This document shows positions 38,202 through 46,770 of a stretch of 64,000 nucleotides of DNA, one piece after another. The notes beneath the pieces are model-generated. The model was not told the origin of the DNA and did no database searches. It saw nothing but the letters and a program-made list of their open reading frames with translations. The DNA comes from a candidate division Kazan bacterium (GTDB taxonomy: Bacteria; Patescibacteriota; Kazan-3B-28), in contig QMNG01000002.1 of NCBI GenBank assembly GCA_003647645.1, positions 1,151 to 65,150 on the forward strand, read 5' to 3'. The position numbers and the translations under genes are program-made. The stretch's first letter is position 1, and each line of letters starts with the position of its first letter.

Positions 38202-40297
38202 GCAGCCCTTAACCCAGCCCCTCCGGTTTTATTGTCTTCATCATCTTTGAGATGCATTTTTTCTTTTGCTTCATCTGGCGACAGGGAAGGAGTTTTTTTA
38301 TACCTTCGTATCCACTTTTGTCTCCATTTGATAACTTTATTGCGTACTCTTCCAATAGTTTCTTCATCGCTTAATGTACTTGTCCAAGGTGCTGATTTAT
38401 CTTTTAGTACTTTTTCAATATATTTATTGCCTTTTTTACTAGGATTCCAGTCTAGTAGTTTTCCTGCAATTTTTATCCAATCTTCTTGGCTATAAGAACT
38501 TGGTAACCAACTTAGTACTTCTTCAAGAGCGTTTTTCAAATCTCTCGCAGGACCAATTAATGTTTCCTCTTTATTATTTTCCAAATATTGCGATTCTTTT
38601 TCATATAATTTATGAAGTTCTTGCCTAGTATTCTTAATTTTTTCTTGATCTTTTTCGGATACTTCTATTGGTTTGTATTCTTTGTATTGTTTGTTTCGCT
38701 CATCTCTCCCCCAATCGCTTCCGCTCCATGCTTCTGTTCCCATTCTCGGCAACATTCGCCTCCACCCCTCGGGGTTATCTATAATCATATGCTTCATGCT
38801 GGGCATTTTTTGTTCGCTTTTTGCTATCTGCTGAACATTTTCTAAATGTGTTAGTTCATGTACGGCTGCTTTGCGTCTCAAAAACTTGATGTATGGACTA
38901 GTGTCAACGGTTTGCATACGCTTTACGCTATCTCGTTTTTTTGCAATTTCTCCCGTGATGGTATTTCTTTCAGCCGCTGCTGATCTACGAAGACCACTGA
39001 GAAACTGTCTTTGTGTTTCGATCTCCTCTTCAAGTTTGCCAACTGCTTTTGTGCCTGGAATTGTTTCATCTGGTTCGTTTTCAGATAATCTTGGCTTTAC
39101 TTTTCCGGGTTCTCCAAATTTTTGAATTTTAGCTTGTTTAAGACGGTGATAAGCCACAACTGCCCGCTTTAGATCTGTGTTGAAAGCTTTTTTCAATCCC
39201 CGGTTGTAGTCTTTTTTAAGCTGTCCTTTAAGAATCTCGGCTTGAGGTCTGTGTTGTCGATTGTAAAGCTCATTTAACTCGTCTTCGATTTCTTGTAGTT
39301 CTTTGTAGCCAAGTTCATTTCGAGCTTGTTCATATTCTGCATCAATATCTATTCGTTTAGTTTTTTCAGATCTAAGTATTTCCCCTTTTTTATTTCTCTT
39401 GAGTGGTTTGCCATTTCCATCCGCAAGACCAGTCACAATATCATTGATCTCCTCTTCCTTTTCAGTTAGCCAATCTCCGGGTTTGACAATCGGCTTTTCT
39501 CTCTCTCCCCCTTTATTTGCAGCAGATTTAAATTCAGTTCCAACATCGCCAATAACTAAAATGCTTGTCTCACCATTTTTGCCAGTATTTTGGTCAAAAA
39601 TTGTTTTTACACTCTCTTCGGAGAAATCTAGATACTCTATTGCTTCATCTTGATTTTTAGCGGGATCAATAAATAGCAAGTGGTTCTTGTATACTCGTAA
39701 CGTTTTAGCATGCTTTTGGCTATCCGGTTGAACAGTGAAGACTATAGCACTGTTGTCATTCTGCAGCTCTTCAAAAAGCTGTTGAGCATCTGAGGGCTTC
39801 ATTACCTCAAGAGGAGATTGTTCAAGAAACTTTTCAGCACCCGCTATGCTCATACCCTTTTTGGGATTGTAGATCCCTCGTCTACCGGCCCACTTGGCAA
39901 ACAATTTTTCAATGGTTTGTCGTTCTTCTGTTCGTCTTGTGGGATTTCCCGCTAAATCTTTCAAGCTCTCTATTCCGTTGATAATCGCTGCTAGCACACA
40001 GCTCTTGGAATCGTTTTGTTTATAAAAAGAATTTTTGATCTCTGTTATATCTTCAGGGGAGAGTCTTTCTGTAACTGAAAATTTCTCTCGCTGTTTTTTA
40101 GCAGCAGCCTCGTCCATATTTGGCGTTTCAGTACCGATAGTTTCATCAATTGGACCGTCTTCAAATTCAATAGGATTTTCCTTCTCATCAGATGCAGATG
40201 TTTCATCTGATTTTTTTCTTTTTCGGCCAAAACGCTCCTCAATCCCCCGGGTCGAATAAGGATTTATCTTTTCTGGTTGTGTATTTTCTTCTTCCAT
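38198..40297 (-). CDS. Orphan 699-aa Lys/Glu-rich protein with an N-proximal papain-fold-like Cys/His/Asp region
   Basis: Long ORF. ATG 40297 (MEEENTQPEK) is chosen because the track start at 40348 lies inside the promoter. KQNDSKSCVLAAIINGI ... QKHAKTLRVYKNHLLFIDPAKN. One HExxH (VHELTH). No signal peptide or TM. Confidence 0.7.
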   Translation of the reverse strand: MEEENTQPEKINPYSTRGIEERFGRKRKKSDETSASDEKENPIEFEDGPIDETIGTETPNMDEAAAKKQREKFSVTERLSPEDITEIKNSFYKQNDSKSCVLAAIINGIESLKDLAGNPTRRTEERQTIEKLFAKWAGRRGIYNPKKGMSIAGAEKFLEQSPLEVMKPSDAQQLFEELQNDNSAIVFTVQPDSQKHAKTLRVYKNHLLFIDPAKNQDEAIEYLDFSEESVKTIFDQNTGKNGETSILVIGDVGTEFKSAANKGGEREKPIVKPGDWLTEKEEEINDIVTGLADGNGKPLKRNKKGEILRSEKTKRIDIDAEYEQARNELGYKELQEIEDELNELYNRQHRPQAEILKGQLKKDYNRGLKKAFNTDLKRAVVAYHRLKQAKIQKFGEPGKVKPRLSENEPDETIPGTKAVGKLEEEIETQRQFLSGLRRSAAAERNTITGEIAKKRDSVKRMQTVDTSPYIKFLRRKAAVHELTHLENVQQIAKSEQKMPSMKHMIIDNPEGWRRMLPRMGTEAWSGSDWGRDERNKQYKEYKPIEVSEKDQEKIKNTRQELHKLYEKESQYLENNKEETLIGPARDLKNALEEVLSWLPSSYSQEDWIKIAGKLLDWNPSKKGNKYIEKVLKDKSAPWTSTLSDEETIGRVRNKVIKWRQKWIRRYKKTPSLSPDEAKEKMHLKDDEDNKTGGAGLRAA

Positions 40298-40319
40298 ATG
40301 TAAATAGAACCGTTTTATT

Positions 40320-40348
40320 ATTATAACATACCTAATATTGTTTGTCAA
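40320..40348 (-). promoter_or_regulatory. Perfect consensus sigma-70 promoter of the 699-aa gene
   Basis: - strand reads TTGACA-aacaatattaggtatgt(17)-TATAAT. Confidence 0.65.
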
Positions 40349-40370
40349 CTAATATTTAAATAAAAAATAA

Positions 40371-40388
40371 GGGGGAGATAACTCCCCC
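40371..40388 (-). terminator. Rho-independent terminator after the 4-TM gene (looks bidirectional)
   Basis: gggggag-ataa-ctccccc, a 7-bp GC stem. T-runs follow on both strands (ttatttttta on -, tgtttttt on +). Confidence 0.65.
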
Positions 40389-40399
40389 TGTTTTTTACA

Positions 40400-41230
40400 T
40401 CAGGGCTTTGCCTCAACCTCTTTTTCCTCCTCAGGTTCCCTCTTGGATTTTACCTCAACTCCGAAATGTTCCAGGCTGGGTTCAGATGTTAGCCGTGACA
40501 TCCCTTTCAACCAGTCGTTTGTTGCGGGAGTCAGCAGTCTGGGGTTTTTAGCACTGTTGAAACTGCTTGCCGCCCACGAAGGCAGCTCCTTGTGGTTATC
40601 AGTAATCTGGGCATCAATACCTATGATTACCCATTTGCCCAGGCCTGTCCAAATGAGATAAGCTTCGTCGCGGCCGCTGACCTCGAGTCCCGGACGAGTG
40701 TAAATTCTTTCTCTTGGTACCTCAGGATAAATACCACATTTGGCCGCGGCCAAATATGATGTTGCGACAGATCCATCACCATCCAAAGGATAGATGATAG
40801 TGGGACCGGCCTGGATAACTAGGTGTCCCTGCAAGATCCACAGTACAACTGCCAAAGCCATGCCACTCAACACTAACCGAATGTCATCCTCTCCGTCGGT
40901 TGACCACATACGAAACAAACCGTATCCTGCGGTAACGAGACCGAGAGCAATAAGACACCATGACCACCAGACGCCACCGTTGAAAGTAGTTAACCAGTTA
41001 TCAACAGGCTGCTGAAGTCGAAGTGTGAACAACATCGCGGCTATACCTAGACCTATAACAACGATGTTTATCCACCGCTGTATCCACGGATGCCAATCAC
41101 TGCGGGGGGTCGGTGGTATTGTTTGTGTCTGCTTGTTCTGATACCACGAAACATAAACAACAAAGATGAGTGTGGCAGTTAGAAACAGAAAACCAATCAC
41201 CTTGCAAATAATTTCTCCATTTCCAATCAT
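40400..41230 (-). CDS. Hypothetical 4-TM membrane protein with ~135-aa C-terminal soluble domain (276 aa)
   Basis: ATG 41230 is preceded by AAAGGAGGAACGAA; the track start at 41275 lacks an SD. Four hydrophobic helices, then GPTIIYPLDGDGS...WVIIGIDAQ... and a charged tail. Confidence 0.65.
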   Translation of the reverse strand: MIGNGEIICKVIGFLFLTATLIFVVYVSWYQNKQTQTIPPTPRSDWHPWIQRWINIVVIGLGIAAMLFTLRLQQPVDNWLTTFNGGVWWSWCLIALGLVTAGYGLFRMWSTDGEDDIRLVLSGMALAVVLWILQGHLVIQAGPTIIYPLDGDGSVATSYLAAAKCGIYPEVPRERIYTRPGLEVSGRDEAYLIWTGLGKWVIIGIDAQITDNHKELPSWAASSFNSAKNPRLLTPATNDWLKGMSRLTSEPSLEHFGVEVKSKREPEEEKEVEAKP

Positions 41231-41323
41231 TTCGTTCCTCCTTTGGGGTGACACACAGTACAATGGTGCTGCCATCCCTAATTCGGGGAATGGAGCTTGT
41301 CAACTTACAATAAACACGCCTGC

Positions 41324-41352
41324 ACTGTAGTTTGAACTGCCCTGTTTGTCAA
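41324..41352 (-). promoter_or_regulatory. Candidate promoter of the 4-TM gene
   Basis: - strand reads TTGACA-aacagggcagttcaaac(17)-TACAGT. Confidence 0.4.
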
Positions 41353-41577
41353 GAGTTTTTAGTTTCCAGAGCTCTTTTTTGGCTATGTATCTCCTTTTAA
41401 CACCTATGATATAATTAGTAGGCTGAGGCTATACCCTACAGAAATTTTTAGAACGATTAAGCTGGTAGTGTTGTAATTGGAACGACTCATTGTAATGTTC
41501 TCTTTAAGCTGAACTTAGACGGGTATAGATGTAGACATAGTTAAAAAGGTGTTACTTCCTAAAATTTTCCACGGGGC

Positions 41578-43800
41578 ATGGCTAAACGAAAAAAAAGAAG
41601 GACAACTAGAAAAAGGGGGTATTACAGGACCTATAAACGAACCCCTAGGGGCTGGTTTGACGACTGGAATTTTGATTTGGAGTTGGAACCAGCTGTCGTC
41701 CGGGAGATTATTGCCATCATTTTAATTGGTTCTGGCATCTTTACTTTGCTGGCGATTGTTGGAGGGGCTGGCAGCGCCGGTAAAGTGTTTTATACCGCTT
41801 TGCGCTTGGGTTTTGGTTGGGCCAGTTTTCTTATGCCCCTGCTTTTGGCAGGAGCTGGCATCGCTCTGTTTTTCCCAATTCGATTTCAATTTAGATGGAG
41901 CAACGTTGTTGGCCTGATTTTATTCTTGGTCAGCTTAACAGCTATTATGCATATGTTTATCGGTCCTGAGGCCAGTGCTGACTTGGCATCTGAGGGCGGT
42001 GGCGGTGGCTGGCTCGGGTTGGTTGTTAGTCGTTTTATGATAAATATGATGGATTTCTGGGCATCTTTCCTGATAGCCGTAGTTGTTTTTGCTATTTCAC
42101 TATTGTTTGCCTTTGGCCAGCCATTGAAGGAAATGTATCTGCGGACCAAAATAGCCCTGCCCAAGCTACCAACCATTCCGGACCTGAAAATTAATAATGA
42201 TTTTAGCGAGGGTGAAGAAACAGAGGATGGCGAAGAAGAGGAAGAAGAGCGAAAGGGTGGTAGTCGCCTGACTAGACACCGCAAGGTCTCCCCGGGTGGC
42301 AAGGAATTTGTGCCGCAATTTGTTCCGACGGGAGATTGGAGCCCCCCCTCTCTAGATCTATTGAACAATTTGCCTACTAAGGTGGACAGCGGAAATATAA
42401 CTAACAATGCGAACATTATTCAGGAGGTACTGGATGATCTTGGTATTGCAGTTGAAATGCACGAAGTGAATGTCGGGCCGACAGTGGCTCAATACACGCT
42501 GAAACCGGCAGCGGGCATTCGGCTCTCTAAGATTGCCAACCTGAATAATGATTTGGCCTTGGCCTTAGCTGCCCATCCAATTCGAATTGAGGCTCCCATT
42601 CCCGGCCGTTCGCTGGTTGGAGTAGAGGTTCCCAATAAAAAGACTGCTCTTGTCCATCTGCGGGAGATTATGGAATCGGAAGAGTTTCACAGGATTAAAT
42701 CGCATTTAAGAATTCCGCTTGGCCGCGATGTGGCTGGGAAGCCGGTTGCCACTGACCTGCTGAAGATGCCCCATCTCTTAATTGCCGGTGCGACTGGCGC
42801 CGGTAAGAGCGTATTTCTAAATGACATATTAATTAGCTTGTTATACCAAAATTCTCCGGCTGATCTGCGAATGATATTGGTAGACCCCAAACGGGTTGAG
42901 TTCACCGCTTATAACGATGTTCCCCACTTACTCTCGCCGGTCATAGTTGATCCCCACCAAACGATCAATGCACTCAAGTGGCTGGTAACTGAGATGGATC
43001 GTCGCTACAAGATAATGCAAGGGGCCAGGGTTCGTGAGATTAGTGTCTATAATCGCCAAAATAAGGAGAACAAACTGCCCTACATCGTGCTAGTAATAGA
43101 CGAGCTGGCCAATTTAATGGCTGTGTCAGCCCGAGAAGTCGAGGCATATATATGCAGATTAGCTCAGATGTCACGGGCGGTCGGCATACATTTGGTACTG
43201 GCTACCCAGCGCCCGTCGGTAGACGTGATTACTGGACTAATTAAAGCCAATTTCCCCTCTCGAGTTGCCTTCGCTGTGACCTCAGGAACCGACTCCAGGA
43301 CAATTTTGGATACGATTGGCGCTGATAAGCTGTTGGGCAATGGGGATATGTTGTTTATGCCCTCGGATGCCGCCAGACCTAAACGGATTCAGGCCAGTTT
43401 TGTCAGCGACAAAGAGGTTAAAGCGGTTACAAACGCCCTTAAAGCCCTTGATGAACCACAGTATGTCGAAGAAGTTACCAAAGATGCCAAGCACAGCGGG
43501 ATACTTAGTGGCGAGGGCAGCGGTGACGATGATGAACTCACCAATGAGGCTATCAATTTGGTTGTCAAAGCCGGTAAAGCGTCTGCTTCGTATTTGCAGC
43601 GGCGGTTTAAGATCGGTTACGCCAGAGCTGCCAGGATTTTAGACATTTTGGAAGAAAAAGGCATCATCGGTCCATCCGATGGAGCCAAGCCGCGCGAGAT
43701 TTTAATTAAAAAAGAAGATTTGGCCCATCTGCAATCCGGCGGTGGAACTGATGTTGATGAAGAATCCGGGGAGGAGTTTAAGGAGGGAGAGGACTACTAA
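41578..43800 (+). CDS. ftsK: DNA translocase FtsK/SpoIIIE
   Basis: N-terminal TMs, acidic linker, motor domain with Walker A GATGAGKSV and Walker B VLVIDELA, C-terminal winged-helix gamma domain (ASASYLQRRFKIGYARAARILD). Confidence 0.92.
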   Translation: MAKRKKRRTTRKRGYYRTYKRTPRGWFDDWNFDLELEPAVVREIIAIILIGSGIFTLLAIVGGAGSAGKVFYTALRLGFGWASFLMPLLLAGAGIALFFPIRFQFRWSNVVGLILFLVSLTAIMHMFIGPEASADLASEGGGGGWLGLVVSRFMINMMDFWASFLIAVVVFAISLLFAFGQPLKEMYLRTKIALPKLPTIPDLKINNDFSEGEETEDGEEEEEERKGGSRLTRHRKVSPGGKEFVPQFVPTGDWSPPSLDLLNNLPTKVDSGNITNNANIIQEVLDDLGIAVEMHEVNVGPTVAQYTLKPAAGIRLSKIANLNNDLALALAAHPIRIEAPIPGRSLVGVEVPNKKTALVHLREIMESEEFHRIKSHLRIPLGRDVAGKPVATDLLKMPHLLIAGATGAGKSVFLNDILISLLYQNSPADLRMILVDPKRVEFTAYNDVPHLLSPVIVDPHQTINALKWLVTEMDRRYKIMQGARVREISVYNRQNKENKLPYIVLVIDELANLMAVSAREVEAYICRLAQMSRAVGIHLVLATQRPSVDVITGLIKANFPSRVAFAVTSGTDSRTILDTIGADKLLGNGDMLFMPSDAARPKRIQASFVSDKEVKAVTNALKALDEPQYVEEVTKDAKHSGILSGEGSGDDDELTNEAINLVVKAGKASASYLQRRFKIGYARAARILDILEEKGIIGPSDGAKPREILIKKEDLAHLQSGGGTDVDEESGEEFKEGEDY

Positions 43801-43813
43801 AGCTCCATAGGCT

Positions 43814-43846
43814 AATATCCAATCTCCAATCTCTAATCCTCGATCC
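43814..43846. repeat. Heptamer microsatellite (AATCTCC)x4.7 in the ftsK-yajQ spacer
   Basis: aatatcc aatctcc aatctct aatcctc gatcc. Confidence 0.8.
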
Positions 43847-43885
43847 ACAACAAAATTGAGCATTGAATATTAACGTATAGCGTTT

Positions 43886-44374
43886 ATGGAGCATTCATTC
43901 GACATAGTTTCCGAAATTAATACCCAAGAGCTGACTAATGCCATAGATCAGACTCGCAGGGAACTGTCTGTCCGCTATGATTTTAAAGGTATTAATACAG
44001 AAATAAAACAAGAGGAAACTCAGTTAGTTATTCTCACTGCCGATGAATATAAACTAAAAGCCGTTCGAGATATTTTGGAGTCCAAGTTGCTTAAGCGGGG
44101 GCTGGATTTAAAGATTTTGGGTGATTCCAAAAACGAATACGCTAGCGGGGGTCAGATTCGTTCTGTTATTCCTCTTGTTGCAGGCATATCTGCCGATAAA
44201 GCCAAAATCATCAATAAATTAATTCGGGAACAATTTCCCAAAATTAGGACGACGGTTCAGGGAGAGACAATTCGAGTGGCGGGCAAGAATCTTGATGAAC
44301 TCCAGGCTGTTATACAGCTACTAAAAAACAGTGATAAAATTGGTATCCCCCTACAATTTATTAACTATCGGTGA
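43886..44374 (+). CDS. yajQ: YajQ-family nucleotide-binding protein (UPF0234)
   Basis: MEHSFDIVSEINTQELTNAIDQ N-terminus, 162 aa. Confidence 0.88.
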   Translation: MEHSFDIVSEINTQELTNAIDQTRRELSVRYDFKGINTEIKQEETQLVILTADEYKLKAVRDILESKLLKRGLDLKILGDSKNEYASGGQIRSVIPLVAGISADKAKIINKLIREQFPKIRTTVQGETIRVAGKNLDELQAVIQLLKNSDKIGIPLQFINYR

Positions 44375-44392
44375 GCGTGATACACTGAACTT

Positions 44393-45388
44393 ATGAAAGA
44401 AGTAGAGGCCCTCAAAGCCAGTCTAGACAAAGCCATCAGCGCCATTCACAAAAGTTACGGCGAGGGTTCAATTATGCGGCTGGGAGACGCCAGACAAATG
44501 GATGTTGAAACCATTTCCACCGGCTCTCTCGGTCTGGACATTGCCCTAGGTGCTGGCGGGGTACCCAAAGGGAGAATAATAGAGATTTTCGGTCCGGAAT
44601 CATCTGGTAAAACTACGTTAGCTCTCCATATAGCTGCCGAAGCCCAAAGACAAGGCGGAACAGTGGCTTTTATTGATGCCGAGCATGCTCTCGATCCTGA
44701 ATATGCCAAAAGGATCGGGGTGAAAACTAAAGAATTGTTGATTTCCCAACCCGATACGGGTGAGCAGGCGTTGGATATCGTTGAGGCCTTGATTCGTTCC
44801 GATGCAGTGAGCTTGATTGTTGTTGATTCAGTGGCAGCTCTCACCCCAAAGGCAGAGATTGAAGGCGATATGGGTGCCTCACATATGGGTCTGCATGCTA
44901 GGTTGATGAGCCAAGCGCTCAGAAAGATCGCAGCTGCGGCAGCCCGGTCTAAGACGACCATTGTTTTCATCAATCAGATCCGCATGAAGATAGGTATAAT
45001 GTTCGGCAATCCAGAAACTACCACCGGGGGCAATGCTCTGAAGTTCTACTCAACTGTCCGCTTTGATATTCGCAGAACTCAAACATTAAAAGATGGAGAT
45101 AATTCCATTGGTAATCATGTCCGGGTTAAAGTCGTAAAAAATAAAGTCGCTCCCCCATTTCGCCAGGCCGAGTTTGATATTATGTTCGGCGAAGGCATTT
45201 CCAAATTTGGCGAGGTAGTCGACATGGGGGTTGCTGCTGGTTTAATCAACAAAAGTGGGGCCTGGTACGAATATAACGGAGAGAAAATCGGACAGGGCCG
45301 GGAAGCTGCTAAGCAGCACCTGAAAGAAAACCCGACGGTCTTTCGCGGATTAGAAAAGGAAATTAGAAAGATCTACGGTATCAAGTAA
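44393..45388 (+). CDS. recA: Recombinase RecA
   Basis: [22 protein letters not shown]1/L2 loops, [28 protein letters not shown]. Confidence 0.96.
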   Translation: MKEVEALKASLDKAISAIHKSYGEGSIMRLGDARQMDVETISTGSLGLDIALGAGGVPKGRIIEIFGPESSGKTTLALHIAAEAQRQGGTVAFIDAEHALDPEYAKRIGVKTKELLISQPDTGEQALDIVEALIRSDAVSLIVVDSVAALTPKAEIEGDMGASHMGLHARLMSQALRKIAAAAARSKTTIVFINQIRMKIGIMFGNPETTTGGNALKFYSTVRFDIRRTQTLKDGDNSIGNHVRVKVVKNKVAPPFRQAEFDIMFGEGISKFGEVVDMGVAAGLINKSGAWYEYNGEKIGQGREAAKQHLKENPTVFRGLEKEIRKIYGIK

Positions 45389-46366
45389 TCAGATGATTGT
45401 AACCGGAATTCCGGTATCTGCCCAAGCATACAGGGCGTCAGATTCGTGTATTCCAAAACGGACACAGCCGTGTGATACGGGAGTTCCGAGGTGTGAATAA
45501 CCCTCGTACAGCCGGTTGTTTTCGTACAGCCGGCCGCCGGCGAAAATTTGGCCGTCCTTGCCTGCAAATTTGGGGCTGTTTGGATTTATCCGCCAGTAGG
45601 GCAGGCCATGTATACCGTATCCTAAAAAGCCATACCGGACATTCTTCAGTCCCATCCAGTTCGGCATCCAAAGTTCATATTCAACTGAGTAGGCATCCTT
45701 GATGTGGTTCATAATTGTATAATTGCCTGCTGGTGTGGTATATCCAGATTTGCCAGAGGATACTGGTAAAGTCGCCACAACCACGCCATTTTCCTTAAGT
45801 TCCCCTGTCTGAGAATGGCGATAAATGACTATTTCTTTCGCTTGAGCGGCCTGAACCTCAATTTCAGGAATGTTGCCGACTTGAATGTTAATTATAATGG
45901 GGTTGCCAGTCAACCAATGCTCATGTTCTAAAACAGGGCGGAAGGTCTCCCGATAATTACCTGTTTTATCCGGGGCTTTAATTAAGAAATAAAACTCAGC
46001 TGTCATAAACAGATCGACATCTTTATCATGTGCCGGAGCTATGCGATTCTCAGATAACCACCCGGGCAGGATATTATCTCCATCCATCCCCCAGATGCTT
46101 GGCCGGTCGGTAAAATTGTTAGTAAAAATCGTCCCCAACCTTAAAATTTTGCTATCCCATATTTCTGCGGCTGAGCTGTTCCGAATCACGATTTTGATAT
46201 CTTTTATCTCTCCGGGTTCTATATACAGCTGATTCGGCTGGCTGACGATTTTATAATCAATCAAGCTTTCTGGATCAGCGAACGCTTGATAGATGTTCCA
46301 TACCCCCATCACCGTGGAAAAACCAATCAGGGCCGTTAAAACAATTTTTAGTTTGTGAAATTTCAT
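45389..46366 (-). CDS. L,D-transpeptidase (YkuD) family protein with N-terminal anchor and an extra ~190-aa domain
   Basis: C-terminal YkuD motif HLGTPVSHGCVRF. N-terminal TM KIVLTALIGFSTVMGVWNI. Its stop codon directly abuts the recA stop (45388/45389). Confidence 0.82.
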   Translation of the reverse strand: MKFHKLKIVLTALIGFSTVMGVWNIYQAFADPESLIDYKIVSQPNQLYIEPGEIKDIKIVIRNSSAAEIWDSKILRLGTIFTNNFTDRPSIWGMDGDNILPGWLSENRIAPAHDKDVDLFMTAEFYFLIKAPDKTGNYRETFRPVLEHEHWLTGNPIIINIQVGNIPEIEVQAAQAKEIVIYRHSQTGELKENGVVVATLPVSSGKSGYTTPAGNYTIMNHIKDAYSVEYELWMPNWMGLKNVRYGFLGYGIHGLPYWRINPNSPKFAGKDGQIFAGGRLYENNRLYEGYSHLGTPVSHGCVRFGIHESDALYAWADTGIPVTII

Positions 46367-46446
46367 TTTTATTTTTATTGTTTTTGTTGTTGGTTCTGGG
46401 GACTTCTTTTTTGGAGGACTTTTTAAAAGAACATTTATATTTTTTT

Positions 46447-46475
46447 ATTATATCAAAAAAACAGCTCCCAGTCAA
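46447..46475 (-). promoter_or_regulatory. Sigma-70-type promoter of the L,D-transpeptidase gene
   Basis: - strand reads TTGACT-GGGAGCTGTTTTTTTGA(17)-TATAAT. Confidence 0.55.
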
Positions 46476-46511
46476 TACTTTTTGGCTGTTTTAATTAGGC
46501 TAGCAAACTGG

Positions 46512-46751
46512 CTAGAAATTGGGCAAGTAGGCCTGAATGCTTGGGGTGTCCGAGAATTCCCGCCAAAAGATGCTGATAATAAGCAGGATAAAGACGATTA
46601 CCAGCAGCCAGTACATCCAGTGAGGCGCCTCATCCTGATCTTCCGGCATCCTAATAATAGAAAACACATTTTTTTGTATCCGGATTTTGTGGGCAGCCGC
46701 TGTTATTTTTTTGGCTCGGCTGTGGCTTCTTGTTTTATTTACTTTAGGCAT
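46512..46751 (-). CDS. Hypothetical small membrane protein (79 aa)
   Basis: Basic N-terminus and one TM (WMYWLLVIVFILLIISIFW). Last gene of the pcrA-rsmA-transporter-rsmI string. Confidence 0.45.
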   Translation of the reverse strand: MPKVNKTRSHSRAKKITAAAHKIRIQKNVFSIIRMPEDQDEAPHWMYWLLVIVFILLIISIFWREFSDTPSIQAYLPNF

Positions 46752-46770
46752 ATCTCATCCCAATTATAAT

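Noticed and set aside
38846-38860. HExxH (VHELTH) in the 699-aa protein as evidence for a zinc metalloprotease domain
   Set aside because: It is a single pentapeptide in a charged helical region, with no recognisable third ligand or Met-turn, and the residue after the motif context is Glu rather than hydrophobic. It is kept only as a note inside the finding, not as a call.
38198-41275. GC-content island as evidence for horizontal transfer of the orphan block
   Set aside because: Spot counts gave ~38-43% GC for the 699-aa gene and ~45-55% for the 4-TM gene. Core genes in the window range just as widely (polA ~35%, hppA ~57% in sampled lines). Composition read by eye is therefore not discriminating and a proper k-mer analysis is needed.
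41276-41577. 302-nt non-coding gap upstream of ftsK as a possible sRNA or riboswitch
   Set aside because: It holds divergent promoter candidates (TTGACA-17-TACAGT on the - strand, extended -10 TGATATAAT at 41407-41415 on the + strand) and a ~160-nt ftsK leader with only short imperfect repeats. I could not identify a stable conserved-looking structure.
44455-44973. 172-aa ORF antisense to recA; similar long antisense ORFs occur in ftsK (41886-42416), yebC (51754-52221), the Wzy_C gene (23763-24287) and L25 (60959-61399)
   Set aside because: All lie fully inside strongly supported genes on the other strand and have Ala/Ser/Pro-rich shadow composition.
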